Below, piece after piece: positions 21,111-31,945 of a stretch of 64,000 bases of DNA (its first letter is position 1; each line of letters starts with the position of its first letter). The stretch is from Candidatus Bathyarchaeia archaeon (GTDB lineage: Archaea; Thermoproteota; Bathyarchaeia; Bathyarchaeales; Bathycorpusculaceae). Under the pieces are notes generated by a model. That model was given only the letters and a program-made list of their open reading frames with translations, was not told the origin of the DNA and did no database searches. The DNA lies in NCBI GenBank assembly GCA_038883775.1, contig JAVZLM010000006.1, positions 32,001 through 96,000 on the forward strand, read 5' to 3'. A program made the position numbers and the translations under genes.

Positions 21111-21425
21111 ATGGAAAAAGAAGACAAAATTTCAAAAATCGTTGACAGAGTCCTACGACAAGTTTTCGGCGAAGAAGCAACCTTTCTAATTTATAAGCAT
21201 TTAGAGAAGAACCACGGTGTCAAGCCAAATGAGATATCTGAAAAGATAGAGGTTTTTGCTAAGGGTCTTGAGGAGTTTTTGAGCACCGGCGCATATGTCA
21301 TTGAAAAGAAAATTTTGGAGGATATATACTCGACTTATGGTTTGCTTCGCAGGTTGGAATTAGAGCGAATGCAAGAAGAATGCGATTTTGTAAGCCAAGT
21401 GAAATCACTCAAGCAAAGAGCTTAA
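21111..21425 (+). CDS. small conserved archaeal protein (NitrOD5/DUF3227-like)
   Basis: VLRQVFGE.AT.LIY.HLE...IEVF.KGLEEFL..GA.VIEK.IL pattern. Confidence 0.55.
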   Translation: MEKEDKISKIVDRVLRQVFGEEATFLIYKHLEKNHGVKPNEISEKIEVFAKGLEEFLSTGAYVIEKKILEDIYSTYGLLRRLELERMQEECDFVSQVKSLKQRA

Positions 21426-21546
21426 CATTTTAAATATCCATTTTTCACTTATTGTTTTGAATTACGGAAAATGGAAACCATAACAATTTTATAAAAGAGC
21501 CTCTGAATAATTCCTTCTAACTCAATACTAAAAAGGAGCGTACTCT

Positions 21547-22932
21547 TTGAAAGATATTTTAATTAAGGCTGTAGATGCGGCAGTCCAAAAATATGGAGCC
21601 GAATACGCTGAAGTTCGCGGTCAAAGGCTCTTTAAAACTATGCTTACGCTTAAAGAAGGTCGCGTAGAAGCAGCAAGGCAAGGAATCGAAAACGGTGCTG
21701 CTTTGCGGGTACTTATAAACGGCGCATGGGGTTTCGCATCCGTGGGAACCTTTGATGTTGAAACTTTGACTATGGCTATTTCAGACGCATGTAAAATGGC
21801 GAAAGCTGCAAGCTCAAAGCTTAAAAAGCCCATAAAACTTGTCCAAACCAAACCTATTGAAGATAAAGTAAACCTAAAACCGCGCAAAGACCCATCAAAA
21901 ATTTCCATAGAAGACAAAATTAATACAACGCTAACTATGAACAATAAAATTTTAGGTTATGATGGTCGTATAAAAAGTTGCACCATAGATTATCTTGACG
22001 TAACTGGAACAAACTATTTCATAAACAATGAAGGTTCATATATTGAACAGGACAAACTTTATGTTTGGTCAAGAATACTCGCAACAGCAAAAGAAGGGGA
22101 TATATTCACCTTCAGTCGTGAAGAGATTGGTTCCACTTCTGGCTACGAAATTTTCGACATAGAAACTCCAGAAATTGTAGGCGAAAGAGTTGCAAAACGA
22201 GCAGTTGAGCAGTTGAGGGCGAAACCGCCTAAGGGTGGAACATTTCCAGTAATTCTTGGGCCAAACGTGGTTGGCGTCTTTGTTCATGAAGCTTTTGGGC
22301 ACTTGGCTGAGGCAGATTTGACTTTGTCTGGATCTGTGCTTTTAGATAAACTTGGAAAGAAAATTGCTTCTGAACTTGTGACTTTTTATGATGATGGAAC
22401 AGTTGAAGGCGCTTTTGGTTCCTTCAAATATGATGACGAGGGAGTTCCAGCCCAGAAAACTCTTCTGATAAAGGATGGTGTTGTTGTTGGTTTGATGCAT
22501 AGCCGCGAAACAGCCCAAAAATTCAATACTGAACCTACTGGAAACATGCGGGCTGAAGACTTTAGAGTAGAACCCATAATTCGTATGCGCAACACTTTCA
22601 TGGAGCCAAAAGACTATTCCTTCGAAGAGCTAATCGAAAATGTGAAATTCGGCTATTACTTCAAAAGCTTCAGAGGCGGACAAGCAAATTTAGACGGCAC
22701 CTTCCAAGTTGGCATCCAAGAAGCCTACGAAATAGTTAAAGGCGAATTGGGTCAACCAGTGCGGAACGCTTCAATAAGTGGCAATACTCTTGAAACATTG
22801 TTCAAGGTGGACGCTGTTGGAAAAGACTTTGAATTGTGGCCTGGGAGATGTGGAAAAGGACAAACAGCCTTCGAAAGCGATGGTGGCCCTCATATTAGGG
22901 TAAGGGAGGTTCTTGTGGGTGGTAGCGCTTAG
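21547..22932 (+). CDS. tldD: TldD metalloprotease
   Basis: [40 protein letters not shown]. Confidence 0.92.
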   Translation: MKDILIKAVDAAVQKYGAEYAEVRGQRLFKTMLTLKEGRVEAARQGIENGAALRVLINGAWGFASVGTFDVETLTMAISDACKMAKAASSKLKKPIKLVQTKPIEDKVNLKPRKDPSKISIEDKINTTLTMNNKILGYDGRIKSCTIDYLDVTGTNYFINNEGSYIEQDKLYVWSRILATAKEGDIFTFSREEIGSTSGYEIFDIETPEIVGERVAKRAVEQLRAKPPKGGTFPVILGPNVVGVFVHEAFGHLAEADLTLSGSVLLDKLGKKIASELVTFYDDGTVEGAFGSFKYDDEGVPAQKTLLIKDGVVVGLMHSRETAQKFNTEPTGNMRAEDFRVEPIIRMRNTFMEPKDYSFEELIENVKFGYYFKSFRGGQANLDGTFQVGIQEAYEIVKGELGQPVRNASISGNTLETLFKVDAVGKDFELWPGRCGKGQTAFESDGGPHIRVREVLVGGSA

Positions 22933-24283
22933 GAAGGAAGAAATGTTAGATTTAGCCGAAAAAGCTGTGGATTTTGCTCTAAAGAAGGGCGCGGATGAGG
23001 CGGAGGCTTTTGCCTATCAAGGTTTAACAACAAACGTTGTTATTGAGAGAGGACAGATCGCGAGAAGTGCGAGAATAATTGACAGAGGATTGGGAATTCG
23101 AACCATAATAAATAAGGCAATAGGCTTTTCTTATACGAACGTCTTGGGCGCCAAAGCCGCAATTGAGGAAGCTGTTATTAAAGCCTTAAGTGCTGCTAAA
23201 GCGAGCAAGCCAGACAAAGAGTGGCGTGGACTCCCAACAAGAAAACAATTAAAATCTGTAAAAAACACTTATGACCGCAAAATTGTCGAACTTCATTCCG
23301 AAGATCTAGTTAATGCAGCCTCTTCAATGCTAGATGCTGCTGAAAAAGTAGATAAACGTGTTCTTCCCGTAGAAGGTGGGGTAGGCGCCTCTTATCTTTC
23401 TCGAGCAATAGCTAATTCCAATGGAGTGGCAGCCTTCGATCATGGAACAATCATTGAATGTAGCTTAGCAACCGTGGGGCAAGAGACAGGTGAAGTAACA
23501 CCCATATGCTTTGAATTCAGTATCGAAAGAGAGTATGCTATTAACCCAGAATGGGTTGGTAAAGAAGCTGCTCGCCTTGCTGTTTTGGCATTAAAAGCCA
23601 AAAAAGTAGAAACTAAAAACACGAACGTGATTTTCTCACAGTTTGCATTGCAGGAACTCTTGTATTTCACCCTTATTAACGCAGTTAAAGCAGATTACGT
23701 GCAAAGAGATCAATCAGCGTTTAAGGGCAAAATTGGAGAAAAAGTTGCTTCTGAAAACTTGACAATTTATGATGATGGATTACTTGCTGGAGGCATACGC
23801 ACATGGGAGTTTGATGGCGAAGGGATTCCCCAACAAAAAACCCTCATAATAGAAAGGGGAGTGTTGCGCAACTTTCTCTATGACAATTACACGGCAAAGA
23901 AAGAGGGTAAGGAAAGCACTGGAAACGCCACAAGAGCTGGATATTTATCTACGCCAAATGTGGAAGCCACAAACTTTCACTTGTTGCCAGGGAGGAAATC
24001 GCCTGAAGACCTTATCGGCGAGGTAGATGATGGCTTACTGGTGTATGCTTTACAGGGTGCCCACAGTAGTAATCCGGCCAGCGGAGAATTTTCTGTTGTT
24101 GCAACTCCTGCTTGGAAAATTGAGAATGGTAAAGTTGCTTATGCCGTTAAAGGAGCCATGTTGGCTGGCAATGTTTTTCACACATTAAAAAATATTTCGG
24201 AACTAGCAAATAATGAGAGAAAAATTGGGCAATTGGTTGCGCCTTGGGTTCTGGTAGAAAATGTTAGGGTTATAGGAAAATAA
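22913..24283 (+). CDS. pmbA: TldE/PmbA partner subunit
   Basis: [30 protein letters not shown]; lacks HExxxH; follows tldD. Confidence 0.88.
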   Translation: MWVVALRKEEMLDLAEKAVDFALKKGADEAEAFAYQGLTTNVVIERGQIARSARIIDRGLGIRTIINKAIGFSYTNVLGAKAAIEEAVIKALSAAKASKPDKEWRGLPTRKQLKSVKNTYDRKIVELHSEDLVNAASSMLDAAEKVDKRVLPVEGGVGASYLSRAIANSNGVAAFDHGTIIECSLATVGQETGEVTPICFEFSIEREYAINPEWVGKEAARLAVLALKAKKVETKNTNVIFSQFALQELLYFTLINAVKADYVQRDQSAFKGKIGEKVASENLTIYDDGLLAGGIRTWEFDGEGIPQQKTLIIERGVLRNFLYDNYTAKKEGKESTGNATRAGYLSTPNVEATNFHLLPGRKSPEDLIGEVDDGLLVYALQGAHSSNPASGEFSVVATPAWKIENGKVAYAVKGAMLAGNVFHTLKNISELANNERKIGQLVAPWVLVENVRVIGK

Positions 24284-24321
24284 ATAATTGGTTTTAGGGG
24301 TTTAATGAAGAGGCGAAATTA

Positions 24322-25245
24322 TTGAAAGCCAAAATCAAGCAAACCCTACTGAAATTCAACACTCTCCGCAGAATAGTCCAATTCCTCTCTTTCCTATTCT
24401 TCAGCGCCATGGTCTTTAACATGGCTCCACAACCGCTACTATTACCTGTTATCTGGACATGGGGTTTCCAGTCAAACATTGTTGGCGACGCCTTTACAGC
24501 CATGCAACTTATGTTTTATAATACTGTTTTTCCATGGCTTGCCTTGGCATCGTTCTTAATCACTGGAATATTGATTGGTAAATCCTTATGCGGTTGGATC
24601 TGTCCCTTCGGCTTCATCCAAGACTTAATTGATTTTGCAAAGCGCAAAAAAACTGAAATTTCACCTAGAACCCATGAAAGCATGATATATGTAAAATACG
24701 CTATTTTAGGCATAACACTCTTTATTAGTATAACATTTTCCCTTGCCAAAATTGTCAGAGTTCATAGCAGCTATGAAAAGGCCTTTGGCATTTTCGTACA
24801 AATGCCATTTACCACCTTAAGTCCTGCGGAAACTTTGTTTTTCACATTGCCTAATGGAATTTTAAACTTTAAAAATGCACTACTAGAAAAACCTTTATTG
24901 GATGTTCTATCTGGCGTTGCGGGATTTCCCCCGCTTTTATGGATACAACTTTTCATTTTGGGATGCGTACTTGTCTTTGCCGCATATGTCCCGAGAAGTT
25001 GGTGTAAATATTTCTGTCCTCATGGCGCTATTATGGCTATTTTGAATAGGTTCAGCTTTCTTGGTTTGAAAAGGGATTTAACCAAATGTGCAAAGGCTGA
25101 ATGTCGACAATGTGTTGAAGTTTGTCCTATGCGTGTTCGGATTTTGGATTTGCCATGGGAGAAGTTTAGCGACCCAGAATGCATTTACTGCCTAAAATGT
25201 GTGGATTCTTGTCCAAACAAGGCTATTAAACTAAAATATCCATAA
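24322..25245 (+). CDS. membrane polyferredoxin (NapH/MauN/YccM-like)
   Basis: CGWICPFG, WCKYFCPHG, C...CRQCVEVCP, CIYCLKCVDSCP and several TM helices. Confidence 0.82.
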   Translation: MKAKIKQTLLKFNTLRRIVQFLSFLFFSAMVFNMAPQPLLLPVIWTWGFQSNIVGDAFTAMQLMFYNTVFPWLALASFLITGILIGKSLCGWICPFGFIQDLIDFAKRKKTEISPRTHESMIYVKYAILGITLFISITFSLAKIVRVHSSYEKAFGIFVQMPFTTLSPAETLFFTLPNGILNFKNALLEKPLLDVLSGVAGFPPLLWIQLFILGCVLVFAAYVPRSWCKYFCPHGAIMAILNRFSFLGLKRDLTKCAKAECRQCVEVCPMRVRILDLPWEKFSDPECIYCLKCVDSCPNKAIKLKYP

Positions 25246-25259
25246 ATTGTGCAAATGTT

Positions 25260-26468
25260 TTAAGCCCAGAAGCTTTTTGAATATTCACCTAAAATAGTTT
25301 CGTAAGTGGCTTTTGTTTGCTGAGCTATTTTATTCCAATCATATTTTTCTTGAACTTTTTTGTAGGCATTCGCTTTTATCAAGTTTGCATAATTTTCGTC
25401 AAGTAACACTTTTGTTATTCCCCATGCCAGCGATTCTGGATTGTTTGCATAAACTTTAACTCCAGTAACATCATGCTCAACAATTTCAGATAGACCACCT
25501 GTGTCTGAAACCACTACGGGGCTTTTTGCTGCCATGGCTTCTAAGGCAACTATTCCGAAGGGTTCGAAGAGGGATGGCACAACAGAAACATCTGCGCACT
25601 TCTGTAGTTTTCTTAAGGTTTCATCATCTACAAAGCCTGTGAAGTGAACTTTGTGAGCTAGTCCCATGTTTTTGACGACGTTTGAAAGTTGTTCTTTCAT
25701 GTAGCCATTGCCGACTATTACAAATTTTGCGTTGACTTTTTCCAAAACTTTTGGGACAGCGCTAACAAGCACGTGGACTCCCTTTTCATAAACTAGCCTT
25801 CCAACGAAAAGAACAATTTTTTCTTCTGGTAAAGCGAATTTGCTTCTGAAATTGCTCAAATCTTCATGTTCTATTCTTGTGTATGCTTCTGCTTCTACGC
25901 CGTTTGGAATCATGACCAACTTGTCTGTGGGAAGCCCAAATGCCCATTTAACATGTGAAACCATGTAATCGCTGCAGCATATGACTCTCCATGCTTCGTA
26001 TGTAAGCCATGCTTCTGTTTCATGAATCATCCTTTCATAATCAAAATGGATTCCGTTTCGACGACCAATTTCCGTAGAGTGTATAGTCGTTAAAAGAGGT
26101 TTTCTAAAGACGTGTTTTAAGCCTACTCCAGCGTTTGCCACAAGCCAATCATGAGCGTGAAAAATGTCAACTTTTCCATGGACCCTATTAACAAGGGCTG
26201 CTGCTTCCTTTTGCATATTAACATTCATCAAATAAACCCATGTTGCAAAATCCGGCGAAGGATTCTTGTAAGAGTCAACTCTAAAAACTTCTACGCCGTC
26301 AATAACCTCGTGCTGTGGTGCCCCGGGAAAATCGCATGTAACCACATAAACTTTGACGCCATTTTTCGCCAAATTTTTTGATAAATAATAAACGTGGGGG
26401 GATATTCCGCCAATGATTCTTGGTGGGAACTCCCATGTAAGCATCATAACAGTTAATTCCTTACTCAT
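25260..26468 (-). CDS. GT4 glycosyltransferase (glycogen synthase-like)
   Basis: WEFPP.IIGG, HAHDW, TIHSTEIGR, FVGRLVYEKG, PSLFEPFGIVALEAMA. Confidence 0.92.
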   Translation of the reverse strand: MSKELTVMMLTWEFPPRIIGGISPHVYYLSKNLAKNGVKVYVVTCDFPGAPQHEVIDGVEVFRVDSYKNPSPDFATWVYLMNVNMQKEAAALVNRVHGKVDIFHAHDWLVANAGVGLKHVFRKPLLTTIHSTEIGRRNGIHFDYERMIHETEAWLTYEAWRVICCSDYMVSHVKWAFGLPTDKLVMIPNGVEAEAYTRIEHEDLSNFRSKFALPEEKIVLFVGRLVYEKGVHVLVSAVPKVLEKVNAKFVIVGNGYMKEQLSNVVKNMGLAHKVHFTGFVDDETLRKLQKCADVSVVPSLFEPFGIVALEAMAAKSPVVVSDTGGLSEIVEHDVTGVKVYANNPESLAWGITKVLLDENYANLIKANAYKKVQEKYDWNKIAQQTKATYETILGEYSKSFWA

Positions 26469-27091
26469 TTGTAAGCAGCTCCTCCTACAACATTTTTGTA
26501 TGTTTCTAAAATGTTCTTGAACCAGTTGGAGGATTTTGGCGGAATCACTCTTATTTTTTCTAACGGAACCTTATACAACCTATAAACTTCATCTCGCATC
26601 CATTGAGACTTAACAATAAGCTTTGCTGCTTCATACATTCCTAACCATTCAAGACTTTTAATAGCCATGTTGAAGGGTGAATTTGCTCCATGGGAACGGT
26701 GTTCTTCAAGGCTTTCAACTGAAAAAATAAAGGGCAAATTTAGCGCCTTTTTTAATGTGACTGCTGCTGGCGTGAAATGCCAATCATGCACATCTATCAA
26801 ATCCACTTGTTTTTGCGTGCTGTAATAAATGTTTGCAGTCGCTCTTTCAACTTCTTGGTTTAAGGTTAGAACCCATGTGAGAACGCCGATGTGAGTGCGC
26901 ACTGGATTTGTTACCCTGTGTATTGTAACGCCTTCTGGCTCCTCATATTCTCCAGTCAAATAATCATGGTAGGTGACGACGGTGGTTTTTACATTATTTT
27001 TTGTCAATTGCACTGCGACTTCTTTAACGTAGTTTGCGAGTTGCCCCACCACCCTCGGCGGATATTCCCATGAAAAAATTATAACATGCAT
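26465..27091 (-). CDS. GT4 N-terminal-domain-only paralog
   Basis: WEYPPRVVG, DVHDW, aligns with the N-terminal half of the downstream GT4; no nucleotide-sugar-binding C-domain; ATG at 27091. Confidence 0.75.
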   Translation of the reverse strand: MHVIIFSWEYPPRVVGQLANYVKEVAVQLTKNNVKTTVVTYHDYLTGEYEEPEGVTIHRVTNPVRTHIGVLTWVLTLNQEVERATANIYYSTQKQVDLIDVHDWHFTPAAVTLKKALNLPFIFSVESLEEHRSHGANSPFNMAIKSLEWLGMYEAAKLIVKSQWMRDEVYRLYKVPLEKIRVIPPKSSNWFKNILETYKNVVGGAAYK

Positions 27092-27099
27092 TGTTTTCA

Positions 27100-27378
27100 C
27101 TACGTAAAAAGTGCACAAACTTTTATTATGCCTCTTCCTGTCAAATAGTAACGCCTTTTGCCTTCGTTATCAGCAAAACTTTCAACAAAACCTTCAAGCT
27201 TATAATTGTCTAAAGTTTTTTCCACATCATTTATGTTAATTTGAAGAATTTGTGCCACCTCTTCGCTTCTTCTGGCGAGGTCTGGAGCGGTGGCGCAAAG
27301 ATTATGCAATGTTTGCAGGATTTTTTCTGAGAGAGGCAATTCTTCCCGCATAGCCATTCCCTTAACTAATCTTAACAT
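27100..27378 (-). CDS. small winged-helix protein
   Basis: EEVAQILQI...DVEKTL......GFV.......KRRYYLTGRG wHTH pattern. Confidence 0.6.
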   Translation of the reverse strand: MLRLVKGMAMREELPLSEKILQTLHNLCATAPDLARRSEEVAQILQININDVEKTLDNYKLEGFVESFADNEGKRRYYLTGRGIIKVCALFT

Positions 27379-27420
27379 ATTTTTTAGTAAGCGTTTCTTA
27401 TAAAAGGGTAGGCAAGTTAA

Positions 27421-28968
27421 TCAAAAGTATTTTGTAGCTGTTTGCACCTGCCTACTCATGTTGTCGTATCTTCCTTTTGCGATTCTTATTAGCGTCTTCC
27501 TTAGGTTTTCTCCTCTCAGTTTTTCAAGCCTCGTTTTCTTCAGTTGTTCTGCCAATTTTTTGTCGTGAAGCGATTTTTCGGCCCAACGCTCAAAATCTCC
27601 ACGGTTGCAATGGAATTCTAAGGATTGCGTGTTAACTTTTTGAAGCGCCTTTATGAAACCTTTCAGGCTCCACGCTATAATTCCTGTAAAGTATTCTTTA
27701 CCAACGCCAATGTAGAATAGGAACGGTTTATCCGCCGCAACTATTGCAAGGCGCACTCTATTTTCAAAGTCAAGTATTGCGGCTTGGGCGGTTACAAAGG
27801 CGTCCATTGGTGAGTTGAAGGGGCTGAAATAGGAGTGCACTTCTCCTGGGGTTCCTCCTGCAGTGAACATGTAATAAAGGTGATCGCTTGTTTGGAAATA
27901 TCTCCAAATTTTCATGAAGTCTTTATCTTCTGCTTCTTTCATAAGCGCTTCAAGTTTTCTCACGTTTGTGTAATACGCCCATTGCATGGTGTTTCCAAGC
28001 CAACAACTGGCATCCCTTTCCAAATCAGCCCAAGAAACTGTTCCGCCAAGTTCGGGAACATCAATTTCCCCCATAGGTTGATATTTTTCAACAACTTCCG
28101 AAGGCGTAGCCATATGCAGATGCCACCATTTCAAAATCTCACGAGGCAAATGCTTTAAGAAGTCATGTATGCCCGTTTCTGGCCAGTGGTGTTCACCAAA
28201 GGTTTCGTAATCTGGAAAAACGTTAATGCATTGGCCTGGGGTTGCTGCCAACCAGCTTGCGTATTTGTCTGCTGTTAGCGGCCATTCACTCCACCATCTT
28301 GCAGAGAATCTGAATCCTATGTCATCAGTTAGCTTGTAATTTCGTAGTAATATTTTGATTTTGGTGCATCCTTTAGGCATGTAAAGATAGTTTGGCGATT
28401 TTTCATGTAATATCCTCTCGGCGCCTTCCGTATAGATTCCCTTAAAACCCATTTTTTCTATGGTTCTCGCAACCGCGTTGTTATAAAGTAACTCAGTGTT
28501 TTCAAAAACTTTAGGTGTAAACCCGAGAAGGTCCCTTGTTATTCTTTGATGCATTTTCACCTGTTCCATGAATTCTTCTTTTTCTGGATAGAGGCTTGCC
28601 AGCGAATGATGATAAGTTTGACTTAAAAATTCCACACAGCCCGTTTCGGCGAGTTGTTTAAAGGATTCTAAAAGGTCTTTGTTAAACATTTCACACTGCT
28701 CCAAGAATATTCCAGAAAGGCTGAATGAAACTTTTACCTGCTTTTTCTCCCTTTTATGTTTATCAATTAGCTCAAGCAATATTTGGTTTGAGGGGAAATA
28801 GCATTTCTTACATGCCCTCTCAAAAACATCTCTATTTATTGAAGAATCAAAATAATAATCAAAGAGCTCTTTCTTTTTTAGGCGTTTAAAAATTTTGTTT
28901 TCCCAAAAGAAATCCCTCCTTAATCTATGAGGTTGATGAACTTCGAATATGAATACAACATCCGTCAA
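27421..28968 (-). CDS. GH57 alpha-amylase/amylopullulanase-like with C-terminal DUF5752-like domain
   Basis: FEVHQP, QTYHHSL, FENTEL, DYETFGEH, SWAD, QTSDHLYYM; C-terminal PFLFY...SL..F...L......SLEFH..RGDFERW. Confidence 0.88.
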   Translation of the reverse strand: MTDVVFIFEVHQPHRLRRDFFWENKIFKRLKKKELFDYYFDSSINRDVFERACKKCYFPSNQILLELIDKHKREKKQVKVSFSLSGIFLEQCEMFNKDLLESFKQLAETGCVEFLSQTYHHSLASLYPEKEEFMEQVKMHQRITRDLLGFTPKVFENTELLYNNAVARTIEKMGFKGIYTEGAERILHEKSPNYLYMPKGCTKIKILLRNYKLTDDIGFRFSARWWSEWPLTADKYASWLAATPGQCINVFPDYETFGEHHWPETGIHDFLKHLPREILKWWHLHMATPSEVVEKYQPMGEIDVPELGGTVSWADLERDASCWLGNTMQWAYYTNVRKLEALMKEAEDKDFMKIWRYFQTSDHLYYMFTAGGTPGEVHSYFSPFNSPMDAFVTAQAAILDFENRVRLAIVAADKPFLFYIGVGKEYFTGIIAWSLKGFIKALQKVNTQSLEFHCNRGDFERWAEKSLHDKKLAEQLKKTRLEKLRGENLRKTLIRIAKGRYDNMSRQVQTATKYF

Positions 28969-29091
28969 TTTTTGGCCTCTTTTTCTTTATTATTCTTAGT
29001 GTTTATTTCTAATTTGCCATGATATAAGCAGTAGTTTAGACAGAGCTTATATTTTGATTTCAATTTAACATTCGAGGGCGGAACGTTTTAG

Positions 29092-29167
29092 CGGGCCCGC
29101 TGGGATTTGAACCCAGGATCTCCGGCTCCGCAGGCCAGCGTCCTAATCCGATCTAGACTACGGGCCC
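29092..29167 (-). tRNA. tRNA-Arg(GCG), intronless
   Basis: reverse complement GGGCCCG TAGTCTAGATCGGATTAGGAC G CTGGC CT-GCG-GA GCCGG AGATC CTGGG TTCAAAT CCCAG CGGGCCC G folds as a cloverleaf. Confidence 0.95.
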
Positions 29168-29205
29168 CCCATGAACAAAAATGGTTATTGTTAATAAAAG
29201 GGTTT

Positions 29206-30810
29206 TTAATTGTTTTTTAGGGTTCTTTCTAAAGCGTCAATAACGTTTTGTTTTCCCATGGTTAGAATGTATGGGCCTAATCTTGGTCCTTGGGGTACGC
29301 CTAAAAGGATTGTGTATAGGGTTTTGAAGAAGTTGGCTGGTTGGATGTTGTGTTTTTTGGCTGTGTTGAATATGGCGTTTTGGATTTTTTCGGCTTCATT
29401 TTCGGCTTCTAAGGTTTCAATTAATTCTTTTATTGCTTCTTTTTCTTCAAGTGTTAAGGTGACCGCTGTTTCTTTTATTTCTTCAAAATCTCTTATCCAG
29501 TTAAAGGCGTATTCGATTCGTTTTCGAAGGTTTTCATCCAAGGTTTGGTCTTTCCGTAAATAGTTGTAGCTTCTTAGTTTTTCAGTTATGAATTCTTCTT
29601 CCTTTTCTTTTGGCGCCATTTTAGCCAAGAACGTGAGAAGGTTGTATGGCACTTTGATGCTTGGTTTTGAAGGAGGCTTCAGCACCCAGCAATATTCGTA
29701 TAAGCCTCTAAGTTTTGCGAGTTCTCTTTCATCCCTCAACTTTTTAACTCCAAAGTATATGTCTTCCAAATAATCAAGCTCGTTCATGTAGGAGGGTATG
29801 TCTGTAACGTCTAAGGTGCGGGTTCCAACAAACCTTTTCAGCATCAACAAAAGCAGTGATTGGGGCGAACCATAACGGAACCAAACTTGAGGTGTGAAAA
29901 CGTTTCCCGTGGATTTTGAGATTTTTCTTCCACTTTTGTCTAGAAACATTTCATACATGGCGTGGGATGGTGGTTCGTAATTGAGTATTTCGCGGCAAAT
30001 TCTGTCGTTTATGCGAACAGAGTCGGCTATGTCTTTGCCATAAGCCTCAAATCTTATGTCAAGAGCTTTCCATCGTGCAGCAAACTCGCCTTTCCATGAA
30101 AGTTTGCCTTCACCCTTTTTCACGTTGGCTTCGCCTTTAAAGCCGCAGCCTTCAATCCATCTGCCTTTAATTTCCATGCCTTCACAAACATAGATAACCT
30201 TGTCTTCCTTTGGCAAGTATTCTAGGGCTTTGGTTGTGTATATGCGTCCGCAGTTTTCGCATAGCGGGAAATATGGTAGAACTTCCATGTAACGTTCTTG
30301 TCCCACCTCTTCTTTGACTATTTCTCCGACTCTTTTGGCGTTCAAAAGCAAAGTCTCAACTTCTTTATTCAATATTCCTTTTTCATAAGTTTCCTTGGCG
30401 GAAACGTAACGATATTCTATGGAACACTTATCCAAAGCCTCTAGCAATAGTGAACTCATGTGTTTACCATAGCTTTCATGACAGCCAAAGGGGTCAGGAA
30501 TTTCGGATACTGGAAAACCTAAATATTTTTCAAGAGATTTTGGCAAGCCAGCCGGAACTTTGCGCAATCCATCTTTGTCGTCGCAGAAAGCAATCAATTC
30601 TGAATTATAGTTTTGTTCCCTTAAAGCCAAAGTAACAGCATATGAGCGGGCAGCATCACCCAAGCTTCCAATATGCGGAAAACCTGAAGCACCCAAACCC
30701 ATTTCGGTTCTTATAAGGTCTAAGCTTCTGCCCAGCTTCCGCTCCCTTTCAATTATTTTTACTGCCATTTTATCGTACCATGTGCCTCTGCCAATAATCT
30801 CCTTACTCAT
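29206..30810 (-). CDS. lysS: class I lysyl-tRNA synthetase
   Basis: GASGFPHIGS (HIGH), DDKDGLRKVP, KISKS (KMSKS), QGPRLG; ATG at 30810 preferred. Confidence 0.95.
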   Translation of the reverse strand: MSKEIIGRGTWYDKMAVKIIERERKLGRSLDLIRTEMGLGASGFPHIGSLGDAARSYAVTLALREQNYNSELIAFCDDKDGLRKVPAGLPKSLEKYLGFPVSEIPDPFGCHESYGKHMSSLLLEALDKCSIEYRYVSAKETYEKGILNKEVETLLLNAKRVGEIVKEEVGQERYMEVLPYFPLCENCGRIYTTKALEYLPKEDKVIYVCEGMEIKGRWIEGCGFKGEANVKKGEGKLSWKGEFAARWKALDIRFEAYGKDIADSVRINDRICREILNYEPPSHAMYEMFLDKSGRKISKSTGNVFTPQVWFRYGSPQSLLLLMLKRFVGTRTLDVTDIPSYMNELDYLEDIYFGVKKLRDERELAKLRGLYEYCWVLKPPSKPSIKVPYNLLTFLAKMAPKEKEEEFITEKLRSYNYLRKDQTLDENLRKRIEYAFNWIRDFEEIKETAVTLTLEEKEAIKELIETLEAENEAEKIQNAIFNTAKKHNIQPANFFKTLYTILLGVPQGPRLGPYILTMGKQNVIDALERTLKNN

Positions 30811-30899
30811 AACAGTCATACTCCTAATAGCATAATTAAAAAGCAAATAAAAATGTTACAGAAATAGGTTAGCAGAACCATAAAAATAGAGGGGGCTGG

Positions 30900-31928
30900 T
30901 TACTCAAGTTTTGTTCCACAGTTGGGACAGAACTTAACTCCAGCTTGTATTTCTGCGTTACACTTTGGACATTTGATTGTGGCTTGTAATGGCGTTCCAC
31001 AGTTGCCACAAAACTTCGTTCCAGCAGGGTTTGATGTGCCACATTTAGGACACGTGATGCCTACCGCCTGTAACGGTGCACCGCAGTTGCTGCAAAACTT
31101 TGCTGTTTGCGGATTTTGGAAATTGCATTTTGGACATAAAACCATAGGCGCTGCTGGTGCCGCTGCTGGCTGAAGCACTTGTGGAAGGATAACTGCTCCT
31201 GCTCCTACTGCTGCTCCTGGGCTCTTTGATAGGCTTTCAGCTGATTTTTGAACCGTTTCCATTCTTAGAACTTCTGTTGCGCCAACTCCAGTTTTGATGT
31301 AGAATAGTCTGTCTCTCCACTCTGGGGTTGTGTCGATTCCCTCAAACTTCACATCAATCAGTTCAAGTCCAATTCTTGAAAAGGCATCGAAGAGAACGTT
31401 TTTTGCAAGAAGGCTTGTTTCGTCAAGTTTGCCATACACGTCTGCCAGCGAATATTGGCTTAAGGTGTCGATGAGTCTCTCGTTAAAGTATCCCCTTAGA
31501 AAGTTTTGCAATCCATCAGTTGTGAAGGCCCCTTGTCCGCCAACAACTTCGTTGACGAAGAGGTTTGGTTCTTCAACTCTGAACCAGAAACCGCCAAAGA
31601 ATTTTAGCGGTGCAAGCTCTTTGGTTTGCCCTTGTGCTCCAAACTTTCCTTGGAACTGTTTCAAAGAGACAAAGACAATCGTCGCCCTAAAAGGAACTTT
31701 GTCAAATCCTGCAACTTTTGAAATTATTTTTGTTAGCAATGGCAGGTTTAATGTTGACAAGACGTGGCGTCCAGCTCTGAAAACGTCGTAGGCTTTTCCA
31801 TCTCTGAAGAAAACCGCAGCTTCGTATTCATGGACGATGAGATTGTCTCCCCAAGCAATTTCTTCTACGGGATATTTCCAAACGATGTCTCCTTCTCTTG
31901 CCCCAACCCACTCAATAACTTTTGGCAC
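30900..31928 (-). CDS. SPFH/band-7 domain protein (YdjI-like) with C-terminal double zinc ribbons
   Basis: IVWKYP, LIVHEYEAAVFFRDGK, GRHVLSTLNLP; three CPKC..N....KFC.NCG units. Confidence 0.88.
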   Translation of the reverse strand: MPKVIEWVGAREGDIVWKYPVEEIAWGDNLIVHEYEAAVFFRDGKAYDVFRAGRHVLSTLNLPLLTKIISKVAGFDKVPFRATIVFVSLKQFQGKFGAQGQTKELAPLKFFGGFWFRVEEPNLFVNEVVGGQGAFTTDGLQNFLRGYFNERLIDTLSQYSLADVYGKLDETSLLAKNVLFDAFSRIGLELIDVKFEGIDTTPEWRDRLFYIKTGVGATEVLRMETVQKSAESLSKSPGAAVGAGAVILPQVLQPAAAPAAPMVLCPKCNFQNPQTAKFCSNCGAPLQAVGITCPKCGTSNPAGTKFCGNCGTPLQATIKCPKCNAEIQAGVKFCPNCGTKLE

Positions 31929-31945
31929 CCTAATTTCACCTCCTT

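Noticed and set aside
30903-31140. Near-repeated DNA (cagttg...aaact, ttttggaca) as a nucleotide repeat element
   Set aside because: Explained by the three tandem double-zinc-ribbon units of the SPFH protein
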